This document shows positions 34,101 through 43,147 of a stretch of DNA of 56,864 bases, in pieces. The notes under the pieces are model-generated. The model saw only the letters and a program-made list of their open reading frames with translations. It did no database searches and had not been told where the DNA came from. The DNA comes from a virus. The translations under genes and the position numbers were made by a program. How positions within the stretch are numbered: the stretch's first letter is position 1; each line of letters opens with the position of its first letter. The stretch is taken from IMG/VR virus record IMGVR_UViG_3300045988_073657, one strand, 5' to 3'.

Positions 34101-34129
34101 TTGATTGTTTAGAACGTATGTTCTATAAT
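34101..34129 (+). promoter_or_regulatory. Promoter TTGATT-17-TATAAT with an embedded Cheo-type SOS box AGAACGTATGTTCT (34111-34124)
   Basis: GAAC-N4-GTTC palindrome overlapping the -10. Confidence 0.65.
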
Positions 34130-34172
34130 TTAGGTATCGCTACCGAGTGCGGAAAGATTAGGGGGGTGTACT

Positions 34173-34280
34173 ATGGGGAAAGAAGATTACAAAGAGGAAA
34201 TCACAAAGCTAATCAATGCTTGTGATAATTTACATTGGTTAGAGTGCATTTATGCCTATGTTAAAAAACTACTTAAATAA
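34173..34280 (+). CDS. 35-aa ORF downstream of the SOS-box promoter (antirepressor candidate)
   Basis: Hand translation MGKEDYKEEITKLINACDNLHWLECIYAYVKKLLK; RBS agggggg. Confidence 0.45.
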   Translation: MGKEDYKEEITKLINACDNLHWLECIYAYVKKLLK

Positions 34281-34284
34281 AGGG

Positions 34285-34321
34285 AAAAAGCCAAGGACTT
34301 GCGCATTGCCCTTGGCTTTTT
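34285..34321. terminator. Bidirectional terminator
   Basis: gccaagg/ccttggc stem flanked by A5 and T5. Confidence 0.75.
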
Positions 34322-34322
34322 A

Positions 34323-34691
34323 TTATTCGTTCTTTTTTGCGATTGAATCAATCAACTTTTCCAAAGCGTTCCATCCATCTTCGTCCAAGTTGGCCAGTGC
34401 GGATACAAGACGGTGCTTAAATGTATCTTCACCGGACTTTTGAATTTCTCCGAGCATTTCCGAGATTTGTTCGTCCTTTGATTTCTGAACAAACATTTCA
34501 CCAGTTCCATTTCGGAGCCATTCTTCGTTTACATCAAACTCTCTGCAAATTAGCGCAATCGCTGAATCGCTTGGAATACTTCTCCCCATTTCATATGTGG
34601 CAACAGTGTTTCTTTTTATTTTTATTTTGTCTGCAAATTCCTGTTGCGTCAAATTAAGGGCATTTCTTACGTCTTTAATTCTCTTATTCAC
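34323..34691 (-). CDS. XRE-family HTH repressor
   Basis: ORF trimmed to GTG 34691 after GGAGGTG; LTQQEFADKIKIKRNTVATYEMG. Confidence 0.75.
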   Translation of the reverse strand: MNKRIKDVRNALNLTQQEFADKIKIKRNTVATYEMGRSIPSDSAIALICREFDVNEEWLRNGTGEMFVQKSKDEQISEMLGEIQKSGEDTFKHRLVSALANLDEDGWNALEKLIDSIAKKNE

Positions 34692-34756
34692 TTTATCACC
34701 TCCTAACTTCAAAGATATAGTAACACATAAAGTTGAAAAAATCAACAAAAATGTAT

Positions 34757-34785
34757 TGACATATGTTTTGTAATGACGTATAGTT
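34757..34785 (+). promoter_or_regulatory. Early promoter TTGACA-17-TATAGT
   Basis: Read directly from the sequence; divergent from the XRE gene. Confidence 0.55.
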
Positions 34786-34815
34786 GTTTTATAATCAACA
34801 AAGCGAGGTGAGAAT

Positions 34816-34998
34816 ATGAAAAAGCCATATGGATTTGAAATTGATGGTACTAGCATGACTTTGTCCGACAGCGTAGAGTGCATGGCACTTATTATTGCAG
34901 AAGAATATTGTAAAGATGAGAAGAGAATCGAAGAAATACAGCAACGGTGTAAAATCCTCGATTCTCTCTCAATGGCACTACTGGCAGTTAAAAAATAG
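34816..34998 (+). CDS. Small early protein (Cro position)
   Basis: 60-aa ORF after gaggtga. Confidence 0.5.
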   Translation: MKKPYGFEIDGTSMTLSDSVECMALIIAEEYCKDEKRIEEIQQRCKILDSLSMALLAVKK

Positions 34999-35182
34999 TT
35001 CTTATATTTCGCATTGGATTGATAGCTGCTTCACATTTTGCCTGATCCGGTTTTTCTTCCGGCAAAGAATTGACGATTTCTGAATAGTATTGGTCGTACA
35101 GGTTCTTAAAATCATCAAAACTTCCGGTATATCCACAGATTTTAGCAATAGCGTAAGCGGATGCGTATTCTTTAGAATCCAA
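34988..35182 (-). CDS. Small protein, TTG start
   Basis: GGAGGTG RBS on the minus strand. Confidence 0.45.
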   Translation of the reverse strand: MDSKEYASAYAIAKICGYTGSFDDFKNLYDQYYSEIVNSLPEEKPDQAKCEAAINPMRNIRTIF

Positions 35183-35243
35183 ATTATTTCACCTCCTTAT
35201 TAAAAAGATAAGGAGAGTATATCACAAAAAGGAAGTGAATTGA

Positions 35244-35396
35244 ATGAGTGAAAAAGAGAAAAAAATCGTTGAGAAGTTAAAGAGAGCCATTCCGAATATG
35301 TCCGATTTCGACAAGGGATATATTCTCGGCAAGACAGAGAAGATGGCAGAGGAATCAGCCGAGAGAGGTGAGAAGAGTGAAAGCATCAAAAATTGA
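35244..35396 (+). CDS. 50-aa ORF (below the track cutoff)
   Basis: Hand translation MSEKEKKIVEKLKRAIPNMSDFDKGYILGK... Confidence 0.45.
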   Translation: MSEKEKKIVEKLKRAIPNMSDFDKGYILGKTEKMAEESAERGEKSESIKN

Positions 35397-35622
35397 AATT
35401 CGTCAGTGTGACGGTGAAGAGGGGATTTTTACAGAAGTCCTCATTGATGGTCACAAAATCAACGGTGTGAGAAGCTTCACACTAAAGCAAGGGGTTGGGG
35501 ATGATATTCCTACTCTGACACTTGACCTTAATGCACTTAATCTTGCAACGGATATGAAAGTGTTGCGGATTATGCAGGAGGGGTTAGGAGAAATCGAAAG
35601 TATTACATTTAAAAAAGAATAG
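35368..35622 (+). CDS. Hypothetical protein
   Basis: 84-aa ORF; alternative GTG start at 35377. Confidence 0.5.
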   Translation: MRRVKASKIEIRQCDGEEGIFTEVLIDGHKINGVRSFTLKQGVGDDIPTLTLDLNALNLATDMKVLRIMQEGLGEIESITFKKE

Positions 35623-35649
35623 GCTCCCATATTTCAGAGAGCCATTCCA

Positions 35650-35841
35650 TCACTTGTTGATATTTTGAAGTATGGAGCATTGCCTTGGGTTGTTGCAGCA
35701 ACCAGTGAGACCGGCATATTTGCAGTCTAATCTTCCATTTTCAAATTTGGGTTTAATATCTTCCAAAGAGCCAACAGATATTTGCCTAAAATCAACAGAG
35801 TACATTTTGTTTTGCTTATCGCAAAAACCATTGTATACCAA
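35650..35841 (-). CDS. Small Cys-rich protein, TTG start
   Basis: GGAGGTG RBS on the minus strand. Confidence 0.45.
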   Translation of the reverse strand: MVYNGFCDKQNKMYSVDFRQISVGSLEDIKPKFENGRLDCKYAGLTGCCNNPRQCSILQNINK

Positions 35842-35885
35842 ATTATCACCTCCTTATAGGAGAGTATACCACAGAAAGGAGAACA

Positions 35886-36611
35886 ATGAACGAATTACAA
35901 ATTTTTAATAATGAAGAATTTGGAACAATCAGAACAGCAGAAATCAACGGTAAGCCTTACTTTGTGGCTTCTGATGTTGCAACAGCACTTGGATATGCAA
36001 ACCCCAGAAAGGCAGTCATAGACCACTGTAAGGGAGTAACGAAACGTGACACCCCTACATCTGGTGGTAAACAAGAGTTGTCATACATAAATGAGGGTGA
36101 CGTTTACCGCCTTATTATGAGATCGAAGTTGCCATCAGCGGAGAAATTTGAATCGTGGGTTGTGGATGAAGTGATCCCGTCCATCAGAAAGAATGGTGGG
36201 TACATAGCAAACCAAGAAAATTTGACACCGGAGCAGATTGTAGCGAATGCACTTATCGTAGCACAGAACATTATTTCGCAGAAAGATAAGCAAATCGAAG
36301 AAATGCGACCGAAAGCAGATTTCTTTGATGCAGTTGCAGACAGTAAGACTGCAATTTCCATGAATGAGGTTTCAAAGGTATTGGGAATCAAAGGACTCGG
36401 ACGTAACAACCTATTTGAATTTCTTCGTGATAATGCAATCCTGGATAGATGGAATGTGCCATATCAGAAATACATTGATTGCGGATGGTTTCGTGTAATA
36501 GAGCAGAAATACACCAAGAATGGAGAGGAGCATATATCTATAAAAACACTTGTTTATCAAAAAGGTGTTGATGCAATCAGAAGAAAAATAGAAGCACAGC
36601 GAAGTGCTTAA
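35886..36611 (+). CDS. Antirepressor (BRO-N plus ANT/KilAC-like)
   Basis: FGTIRTAEINGKPYFVASDVATALGY...DVYRLIMRSKLPSAEKF. Confidence 0.85.
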   Translation: MNELQIFNNEEFGTIRTAEINGKPYFVASDVATALGYANPRKAVIDHCKGVTKRDTPTSGGKQELSYINEGDVYRLIMRSKLPSAEKFESWVVDEVIPSIRKNGGYIANQENLTPEQIVANALIVAQNIISQKDKQIEEMRPKADFFDAVADSKTAISMNEVSKVLGIKGLGRNNLFEFLRDNAILDRWNVPYQKYIDCGWFRVIEQKYTKNGEEHISIKTLVYQKGVDAIRRKIEAQRSA

Positions 36612-37100
36612 ATGAAAGGAGATATTTCAGTGAATAGCGGAATCTGTAAAAATGTAAGAAAAGCAAATTATGATAGAGGACTTAAATATGGCAACAAAGT
36701 ACTTCATGGTAGTGATTTAAGGGATTTGGTAGGGCTTACTGTTTCGGATGTAAATTCCAACGCTGATGATGCAGAAGTCGTTGTATGGTTTGAAAGCAAT
36801 GAACGAAATGTTGCTGTTTACTTAAGGGATGATTGTTTAGATGGACAACACATTGCAATCATTGACCATGCAAATGAAGAGGAAGAATCAAAGCTTCTTC
36901 TCAGACCTGTTACGGAAAATGACATAAAAGAATTTTCTTCAATGGTTTTGTATTATACAGATGATGTTTTTGGAGAAAACGATGAAAAAACCGGAGCACA
37001 CTATGTATACTGTAATGATTTGGAATTAGAAGAATCAGAATTTTTTAAAGTAAAAAGTCTGTATGTCTTCCAAGATGGAAGAATTTTAACAGAAAGGTAA
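36612..37100 (+). CDS. Hypothetical protein
   Basis: 162-aa ORF. Confidence 0.55.
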   Translation: MKGDISVNSGICKNVRKANYDRGLKYGNKVLHGSDLRDLVGLTVSDVNSNADDAEVVVWFESNERNVAVYLRDDCLDGQHIAIIDHANEEEESKLLLRPVTENDIKEFSSMVLYYTDDVFGENDEKTGAHYVYCNDLELEESEFFKVKSLYVFQDGRILTER

Positions 37101-37108
37101 GCAGTGAT

Positions 37109-37582
37109 ATGAGAACAACAATAAAACTGTTTCTTCCTATTATAATAGCACTCTCCATCACATTTACTTCCACGGCACAGCCTAAAGGCTCATTTATTTC
37201 GGAAGAAGCACAGAAGATATGTGTCAAGTACGGTGAGGAATACGGCGTCTGCCCGGAATTACTCATGGCAATGATCGAGAAAGAATCGTCTGGCAGACCG
37301 GATGTGGAAAGCGGTGGTTGCAAAGGACTGATGCAGATTTCTGAAAGATGGCATAAAGACCGCATGGAGCGTTTGGGAGTGACGGACATCTACTCCGTAG
37401 ACGGTAATGTCCATGTGGGAGCCGACTATTTGGCAGAATTGTTTGAAAAGTACTGTGATGTAGGAATTGTACTCATGGTTTATCACGGAGAGAAGAACGC
37501 AGCTACAAAGACAGAATTAAGTGATTACGCAGACTGGATATTAAACAGGAGCGCAGAACTGGAAAGGATGAATGGAAAATGA
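37109..37582 (+). CDS. Secreted lytic transglycosylase (SLT domain)
   Basis: Signal-like N-terminus; MIEKESSG...GLMQI...GADYL. Confidence 0.75.
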   Translation: MRTTIKLFLPIIIALSITFTSTAQPKGSFISEEAQKICVKYGEEYGVCPELLMAMIEKESSGRPDVESGGCKGLMQISERWHKDRMERLGVTDIYSVDGNVHVGADYLAELFEKYCDVGIVLMVYHGEKNAATKTELSDYADWILNRSAELERMNGK

Positions 37583-37971
37583 CGAACAGAGAGAAGTATG
37601 CGGAACAGATTATTGATATGGCTGTTAATGACATTAAAATAACTGTTGATAAGGAAGGAAGATTGAGAGATTGCATTGCTATTAATTGCAATGATTGCGC
37701 ATGGAGCAGTTGCAACGCATGCAGAAAAAAATTTAGGGCATGGTTAGAACAGGAATATGTAGAGCCTGTGGTTGATTGGTCGAAAGTGCCTGTTGATACA
37801 AAGATTCTTGTGAGAGATTCGGAAAATAAAGAGTGGATAAAAAGATACTTCGCAAGATACGAAAATAATATTGTTTTTGCATGGTACAATGGTTGCACAT
37901 CTTATTCTGCTGACGGATGCGATAATGTTGCAGATTGGAAGTATGCCAAACTTGCGGAGGAAGGAGAATGA
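37579..37971 (+). CDS. Hypothetical protein
   Basis: 130-aa ORF. Confidence 0.55.
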   Translation: MTNREKYAEQIIDMAVNDIKITVDKEGRLRDCIAINCNDCAWSSCNACRKKFRAWLEQEYVEPVVDWSKVPVDTKILVRDSENKEWIKRYFARYENNIVFAWYNGCTSYSADGCDNVADWKYAKLAEEGE

Positions 37972-38162
37972 GCACCAAAAGGCGGTTCACAGTCAAAGGA
38001 GTAATCGGAAGATTATTCTTTAATCCTAAAGAGTGGGAAATCGACCGTGAAACATCATTTTACTACCGACTGGTGAACCGTGAGACAGGAATGAAAAAAT
38101 GGATAAGAAAGGAGTATTTCCATGTTGAAGAAAGAAATTATCCCTATCGTCCGTGCGAATGA
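37968..38162 (+). CDS. Hypothetical small protein
   Basis: ORF 37935..38162 trimmed to the ATGA-coupled ATG 37968. Confidence 0.45.
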   Translation: MSTKRRFTVKGVIGRLFFNPKEWEIDRETSFYYRLVNRETGMKKWIRKEYFHVEERNYPYRPCE

Positions 38163-38241
38163 GATTCTGATTGCAGGACTGTTAGATGCAGGAATCTTGT
38201 ATATCGGAGATGACAACATGATTCACGCAACAGAAGACTGA
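38122..38241 (+). CDS. Possible 39-aa ORF
   Basis: AAGGAG 7 nt upstream; hand translation MLKKEIIPIVRANEILIAGLLDAG... Confidence 0.3.
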   Translation: MLKKEIIPIVRANEILIAGLLDAGILYIGDDNMIHATED

Positions 38242-38260
38242 AAGCCGGAGGAATGAGGAA

Positions 38261-38581
38261 ATGGAAAGGAAAATCAGAAAAATCTTGGTAGAACTTGGGA
38301 TGAAACAGTACTTGCCTGGATTCCAGTACATCATCGAGGTTGAAATGTTGATGTTTGAAAATAGAAACAGAAGACTTTCTGAAATCTACCGAATTATCGG
38401 GGAGGAACACAGCACAAAAGAAAAAAGTGTGTATCAGGCTATTAAGTGGGTAGTTGGCAATATTAACACAACAACAGAGTTGTACAAGAAAATCAACGAG
38501 ACAGACAAGCCGGTATCAATCTATATGTTTGTAAATTCATTGTATTTGTATCTTTGGGAGGATAGGAAAAATGAGGATTAA
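38261..38581 (+). CDS. Spo0A C-terminal (DNA-binding) domain-like protein
   Basis: ILVELGMKQYLPGFQYIIEVE...STKEKSVYQAIKWVV resembles the Spo0A_C pattern. Confidence 0.5.
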   Translation: MERKIRKILVELGMKQYLPGFQYIIEVEMLMFENRNRRLSEIYRIIGEEHSTKEKSVYQAIKWVVGNINTTTELYKKINETDKPVSIYMFVNSLYLYLWEDRKNED

Positions 38582-40523
38582 GCACATCTTTTTGCAGAAT
38601 TTCTGTAAATTCTATGACTATAACACACTGGACACAGATATTTACGACCGGACAGAGATTTCCGGAGCGAATGAAACTGGAAAGTCCACAATCAAGAGAG
38701 CAATCCAGCATATTTTTGGCTGCCGTGACGAGAACGGCAAAGAGATTAGCGGAATCAGATCGCATGACAAAGACGGTAACGACCTTGACGGTGACATTAC
38801 CGAAATGGTTACGGTGGAAGTAGACGGAGAAGAAAAGGTCCTGAAAAAGGTTTGTCGGAAGAATTACAACAAAAAAGGTGAGTTCACCGGCAATGTCACG
38901 GATTACTATGTGAATGATATTCCAAAAAAGGCAGCAGATTTTGAAGCATTTTTGGAAGAGAGTGTATGCGGAAAAGATAAGTTTTCACTTTGCATCAATG
39001 CCATGACACTTCTGCTGAAAGGTGGCACGGATCAGAGAGCAATTCTTGCTGATATGTTTGGTCAGCACAGTAATGATGACATTTGCAATCAATTTCCGGA
39101 GTTTGAAGCATTAAGGACTGTTCTGCAGGACGGCACAGTTGATGAACTGAAAAAGCGTTGCAATACGCAGTTGTACGGCACAAGGGGAAGAAATGGAACC
39201 AAGGGTTTGCAGGATCTGCTAGATGAAATTCCTAGCCGCATTGACGAGGTTAGCCGTCAGAGAGTGGATATTGACCTTGCTGATCTGGAACTGAAAAAGA
39301 AAGCTTTACAGGATAAGCTGTCAGAGAACATTAAGCAGCAGACAGATACGCAGAACAGCATGAAGTCCTACGATAAGCTGTCTGATGGAATCATTGAGTT
39401 AAAAGGTCAGTTGAGTGTATTACAGCAGAAAGCAAATGAAAAACTGGATGCGGACAGAAGAGAGAAGCGCACAACACTGAATCAGATTCAGAATGAGCAT
39501 CAGAAAGAGTTGCTTAAGGCAGATACCATTCGTGAAGAGATCACTGCACTGGAAAAGCGCATTTCACAGTATGAACAGAAGAGACAGGACTTGAAGAAGA
39601 GTTGGGATTTGAATAAAAGCCTTAAATTTGATGAAAACTCTCTGATTTGCTCCTACTGTGGACAGGAATATCCGGAAGATAAGAAAGAGCAGTTAAGAAC
39701 GGAGTTTGATACGCATAAGGCACATGAATTGGAACTGATTACCAAAGAGGGTTCTTCCTGCGCTGACCATATCAAAGCGGATCAGACAGAATTGGAACAT
39801 AAGCGTGAGGAACTGAAAAAGACCGAGGATGAAGTGGAACGGTTGGAAAAAGAGATTGCCATTGCTGATAATGCCTTAAATTCCATTCCGGCAAGCGTGG
39901 ATATTTCCAACACAGAAGAATACAAAGCTTTCCAGTCACAGATTGCAGAGAAAGAAGCTTCCATGAACAAATTCACTGACATGAATCTTCTTAGAATCCA
40001 GTTAAAAGGTGATGAAGAGCAGATCCGCAATGATATTTCTGTGGTTGATAAGTCTTTGGCGAGTGTAAGCATTAACGAGAGTGTGGATAAGCGTATCACA
40101 GAACTGAAACAGGAGCGCAAGAACATTGCACAGAAGATTACAGATGTGCAGGCACAGCTTGACCTGTTAAAGAAATTTAGCCGGAAGAAGAATGAACTGT
40201 TGGAATCTGATGTGAACGAGTATTTGGAGTTCTGCCACGTAAAGATGTTCAGACCGCTTGTGAACGGTGATACCGAGGAATGCTGCGACTTTATCTACAA
40301 GGGAGAGCCTTACAGCCGAAACATGAACCACGGAGCAAGGATTCTGACGGAGATTGACATTTGCAATGCGTTTCAGAAGCGGTGCGGGGTGGAATTGCCT
40401 ATTATGGTTGATGATACCGAGAGCCTTGATCCTTGGAAGATTCCTGATGTTGACAGTCAGTTGATTATGTTTCGCAGAAGTGATGATGCGAGTTTGAGAG
40501 TGGAGGAAGTGAAGAATGAGTAA
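38571..40523 (+). CDS. SbcC/Rad50-like AAA ATPase
   Basis: N-terminal GANETGKST P-loop; long coiled coil with CSYCGQ hook; C-terminal PIMVDDTESLD. Confidence 0.75.
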   Translation: MRIKHIFLQNFCKFYDYNTLDTDIYDRTEISGANETGKSTIKRAIQHIFGCRDENGKEISGIRSHDKDGNDLDGDITEMVTVEVDGEEKVLKKVCRKNYNKKGEFTGNVTDYYVNDIPKKAADFEAFLEESVCGKDKFSLCINAMTLLLKGGTDQRAILADMFGQHSNDDICNQFPEFEALRTVLQDGTVDELKKRCNTQLYGTRGRNGTKGLQDLLDEIPSRIDEVSRQRVDIDLADLELKKKALQDKLSENIKQQTDTQNSMKSYDKLSDGIIELKGQLSVLQQKANEKLDADRREKRTTLNQIQNEHQKELLKADTIREEITALEKRISQYEQKRQDLKKSWDLNKSLKFDENSLICSYCGQEYPEDKKEQLRTEFDTHKAHELELITKEGSSCADHIKADQTELEHKREELKKTEDEVERLEKEIAIADNALNSIPASVDISNTEEYKAFQSQIAEKEASMNKFTDMNLLRIQLKGDEEQIRNDISVVDKSLASVSINESVDKRITELKQERKNIAQKITDVQAQLDLLKKFSRKKNELLESDVNEYLEFCHVKMFRPLVNGDTEECCDFIYKGEPYSRNMNHGARILTEIDICNAFQKRCGVELPIMVDDTESLDPWKIPDVDSQLIMFRRSDDASLRVEEVKNE

Positions 40524-41077
40524 TGAAGCAGAGAAACGCTACATTGTCGAGCGTGAGTTTGAACACGTAGGGTATAAATGCGTTGTGATATTTGGAAATA
40601 TGGCTCACAGGTGCGGATATGTTGGCATTCCAAAGAATCATACGTTATACGGAAAAAAATTATGATTACCATCTTGAAATTAAAAAATCAAATATTTGGG
40701 GCAGAGAAGTAAGTGGCATTTTCCCTTTGCTTGGTGCTTACATGGATGAAGATGAAAGAATCCGCATTGAAGCATATTTCCAGTGCCACGGTGGTATTAC
40801 ATACGCAGGCGGTGGAAAAAATTCAAATTATCCTATCAAAAGTGATTTATGGTGGTTTGGGTTCGATTGCGGTCACGCTGGAGATAAGGCGGATTTTGAT
40901 TATGCAATACAGAAATTCCCAAGCCGTAAAGAAATTTATCAGATGCAAAAAATGATAGAAAGTAAATTTCCTGTTGGTGTCGATGTCGTTCGTTCAGAAG
41001 AATATGTTGCTGATGAATGTAAGAAGTTGGCGGAGCAATTGAAAGAGTTTGAAAGGAATGAAGAGAATGCAAATTAA
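40516..41077 (+). pseudogene. Conserved phage protein split by a frameshift at an A7 tract (40653-40659)
   Basis: MSNEAEKRYIVERE...TLYGKK stops at 40665; the sense continues in the +1 frame as NYDYHLEIKK...; removing one A restores a single ORF. Confidence 0.6.
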
Positions 41078-41348
41078 GAAAGAAACAGTCATTTCCGTTT
41101 TGACAACGAGCGGAGAAACAATCAATGTCGGTGACACCGTGGTTTTTAATGCAGAGGGCAAGTGCTACACGGGGGTTTACATGGGTCTGACAGACCGTGG
41201 AACCTTGAAATTTAAAGGCAAGATTTCCGGCACTGATGTCACATGGAACGTGATGCCTAAGAGCATTAAGGAAATTTGCAAGGCTGATGTAAAAGTGAAA
41301 AATGATGAATTTGGCAAGTTTATGAACGAGCCGGAAAGTGAGGAATAA
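41067..41348 (+). CDS. Hypothetical protein
   Basis: ORF 41049..41348; start uncertain. Confidence 0.5.
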   Translation: MQIKKETVISVLTTSGETINVGDTVVFNAEGKCYTGVYMGLTDRGTLKFKGKISGTDVTWNVMPKSIKEICKADVKVKNDEFGKFMNEPESEE

Positions 41349-41352
41349 AGAT

Positions 41353-41499
41353 ATGAAAAAATATTTTATTGTTGCAAAAAGAGGGGTAGAGGTAACTTTG
41401 GAGAAGAACGGTGGTTTTTACTCTGTGTATGTTGACGGAAGATTGTACAAGAGAACTGCTAACGAGTTGTTTGCAGTGCAGGCATTTAACGAAATTTAG
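41353..41499 (+). CDS. 48-aa ORF (below the track cutoff)
   Basis: Hand translation MKKYFIVAKRGVEVTLEKNGGFYSVYVDGRLYKR... Confidence 0.4.
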   Translation: MKKYFIVAKRGVEVTLEKNGGFYSVYVDGRLYKRTANELFAVQAFNEI

Positions 41500-41517
41500 G
41501 AAAGGCGGGAATGAATC

Positions 41518-42372
41518 ATGAGAAAATTTAAGGTTGGAGATGTGGTTAAACCAAACAAAAAAGCAGATGAAAATTATACCATAACTACCACATCTGTTGT
41601 AAGAGAAGCCATTGTTACAGAATTAAGAGACTATACGATGGATATAAAAATCATAAAAGGGTCATGCAGTGTTGGGGAAGTATTTACGGTTGAAGAAAAA
41701 TATTTTGATTTGGTAAGAAAAGCAAAACAGGAAACCATTGTCATCTACCGCAACGACAACAAAGTAGTTGCACTGGACAAGACCACTGGAGAGAAAGCAG
41801 AAGCAAAATGCAACCCGGCTGATGAATTTGATTTCCGGACTGGTGCTAAGTTGGCTTTTAATCGGCTGATGGGCGAAGATGCAAAGCCTGATGATGGTGA
41901 GGTGAAAAGAAAAGCTAAAATTGGTGAGTACGTCAAAGTTGTTAATGCGAAACCTGCTATTCCTTCTTATAAAAACGGAGATATTTTCAAAGTAACTTAT
42001 GTTACGACATCAGGATGTATTTGCAAAAATTCTGACGGAGATACTGGATTATGGCACGAAGAGTACGTTGTCCTCGAAAACTACAAGCCGGAGAAGAAAG
42101 ACGAAATCTGCGTGGGAGATACCGTAAAGGTCACAGATTCTGGTAAGCAGTACAGAACATACGGTAAATGGAGCGGTCTTAATGGATACAAACAGAATTT
42201 TATCTATGGTTCAGCCGTTAGCACAGAAGATAACTACAAGGTTTTGAGAATTGAAAAGCACGACGATTGTTACAGAAATATTCACGACAAAACACTTGCA
42301 TTGATTCAGAATCCCAAGACAACACAGGTATTCATCATTAACATTAAAGGACTTAAGAAAGTAGAAAGGTAG
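41518..42372 (+). CDS. Hypothetical protein with repeated SH3-like segments
   Basis: 284-aa ORF; recurrent VGD-V-V motifs. Confidence 0.6.
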   Translation: MRKFKVGDVVKPNKKADENYTITTTSVVREAIVTELRDYTMDIKIIKGSCSVGEVFTVEEKYFDLVRKAKQETIVIYRNDNKVVALDKTTGEKAEAKCNPADEFDFRTGAKLAFNRLMGEDAKPDDGEVKRKAKIGEYVKVVNAKPAIPSYKNGDIFKVTYVTTSGCICKNSDGDTGLWHEEYVVLENYKPEKKDEICVGDTVKVTDSGKQYRTYGKWSGLNGYKQNFIYGSAVSTEDNYKVLRIEKHDDCYRNIHDKTLALIQNPKTTQVFIINIKGLKKVER

Positions 42373-42380
42373 GTAGAAAC

Positions 42381-43133
42381 ATGGCAGACGAAAAGAAGCA
42401 GGAAAACACAGGAATTGTGGAATATGAATCAAATGGGGAAATTGTAAAAATTTCCCCAACAACGGTAAGAAAGTACCTTGTAAGCGGTGGTGGAAACGTA
42501 TCGGATCAGGAAGTAATGATGTTTATGTCTCTTTGCAGATATCAGCATCTTAATCCTTTTTTGAAAGAAGCATACCTCATTAAGTTTGGAAACAATGATC
42601 CTGCTACGATTGTTACCGGAAAAGATGTTTTTACAAAAAGAGCCGATGCAAATCCGAATTATGCAGGAAAAAAAGCAGGAATTATTGTTCAGAAGAAAGA
42701 TGGTTCCGTTGAAGAAAGAGAAGGCTCTTTTGTCCTTAAAGACGAAACCATTGTAGGCGGTTGGGCGAAAGTGTTTATAAAAGGAAGAGAAACACCGGAG
42801 TACCAGTCAGTATCTTTCGATGAATATGTTGGAAGAAAAAAAGATGGAACAATCAACGGTCAATGGTCTAAAAAGCCTGCAACAATGATAAGAAAAGTTG
42901 CTGTTGTACAGGCATTAAGAGAAGCTTTTCCGGATAAATTCCAAGGTTTGTATGTGCAGGAAGAATTTCCTGATGTTTCAGATGTGAAACTTGATGTAGA
43001 AAAAGTTGCGTCAGAGGAAATTCAGGCAAACGCAAATTCTGTTGATTTTCCCGATGCAACTTTTGAGGAAGTCACAACGGACAGCACGGAACAGACCATT
43101 GCCAGCGCAGAGACGCCGGATTGCTTTAAGTAG
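42381..43133 (+). CDS. recT: RecT-family single-strand annealing protein
   Basis: LNPFLKEAYLIKFG...WSKKPATMIRKVAVVQALREAFP. Confidence 0.85.
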   Translation: MADEKKQENTGIVEYESNGEIVKISPTTVRKYLVSGGGNVSDQEVMMFMSLCRYQHLNPFLKEAYLIKFGNNDPATIVTGKDVFTKRADANPNYAGKKAGIIVQKKDGSVEEREGSFVLKDETIVGGWAKVFIKGRETPEYQSVSFDEYVGRKKDGTINGQWSKKPATMIRKVAVVQALREAFPDKFQGLYVQEEFPDVSDVKLDVEKVASEEIQANANSVDFPDATFEEVTTDSTEQTIASAETPDCFK

Positions 43134-43147
43134 GAGGGATTGCATAA

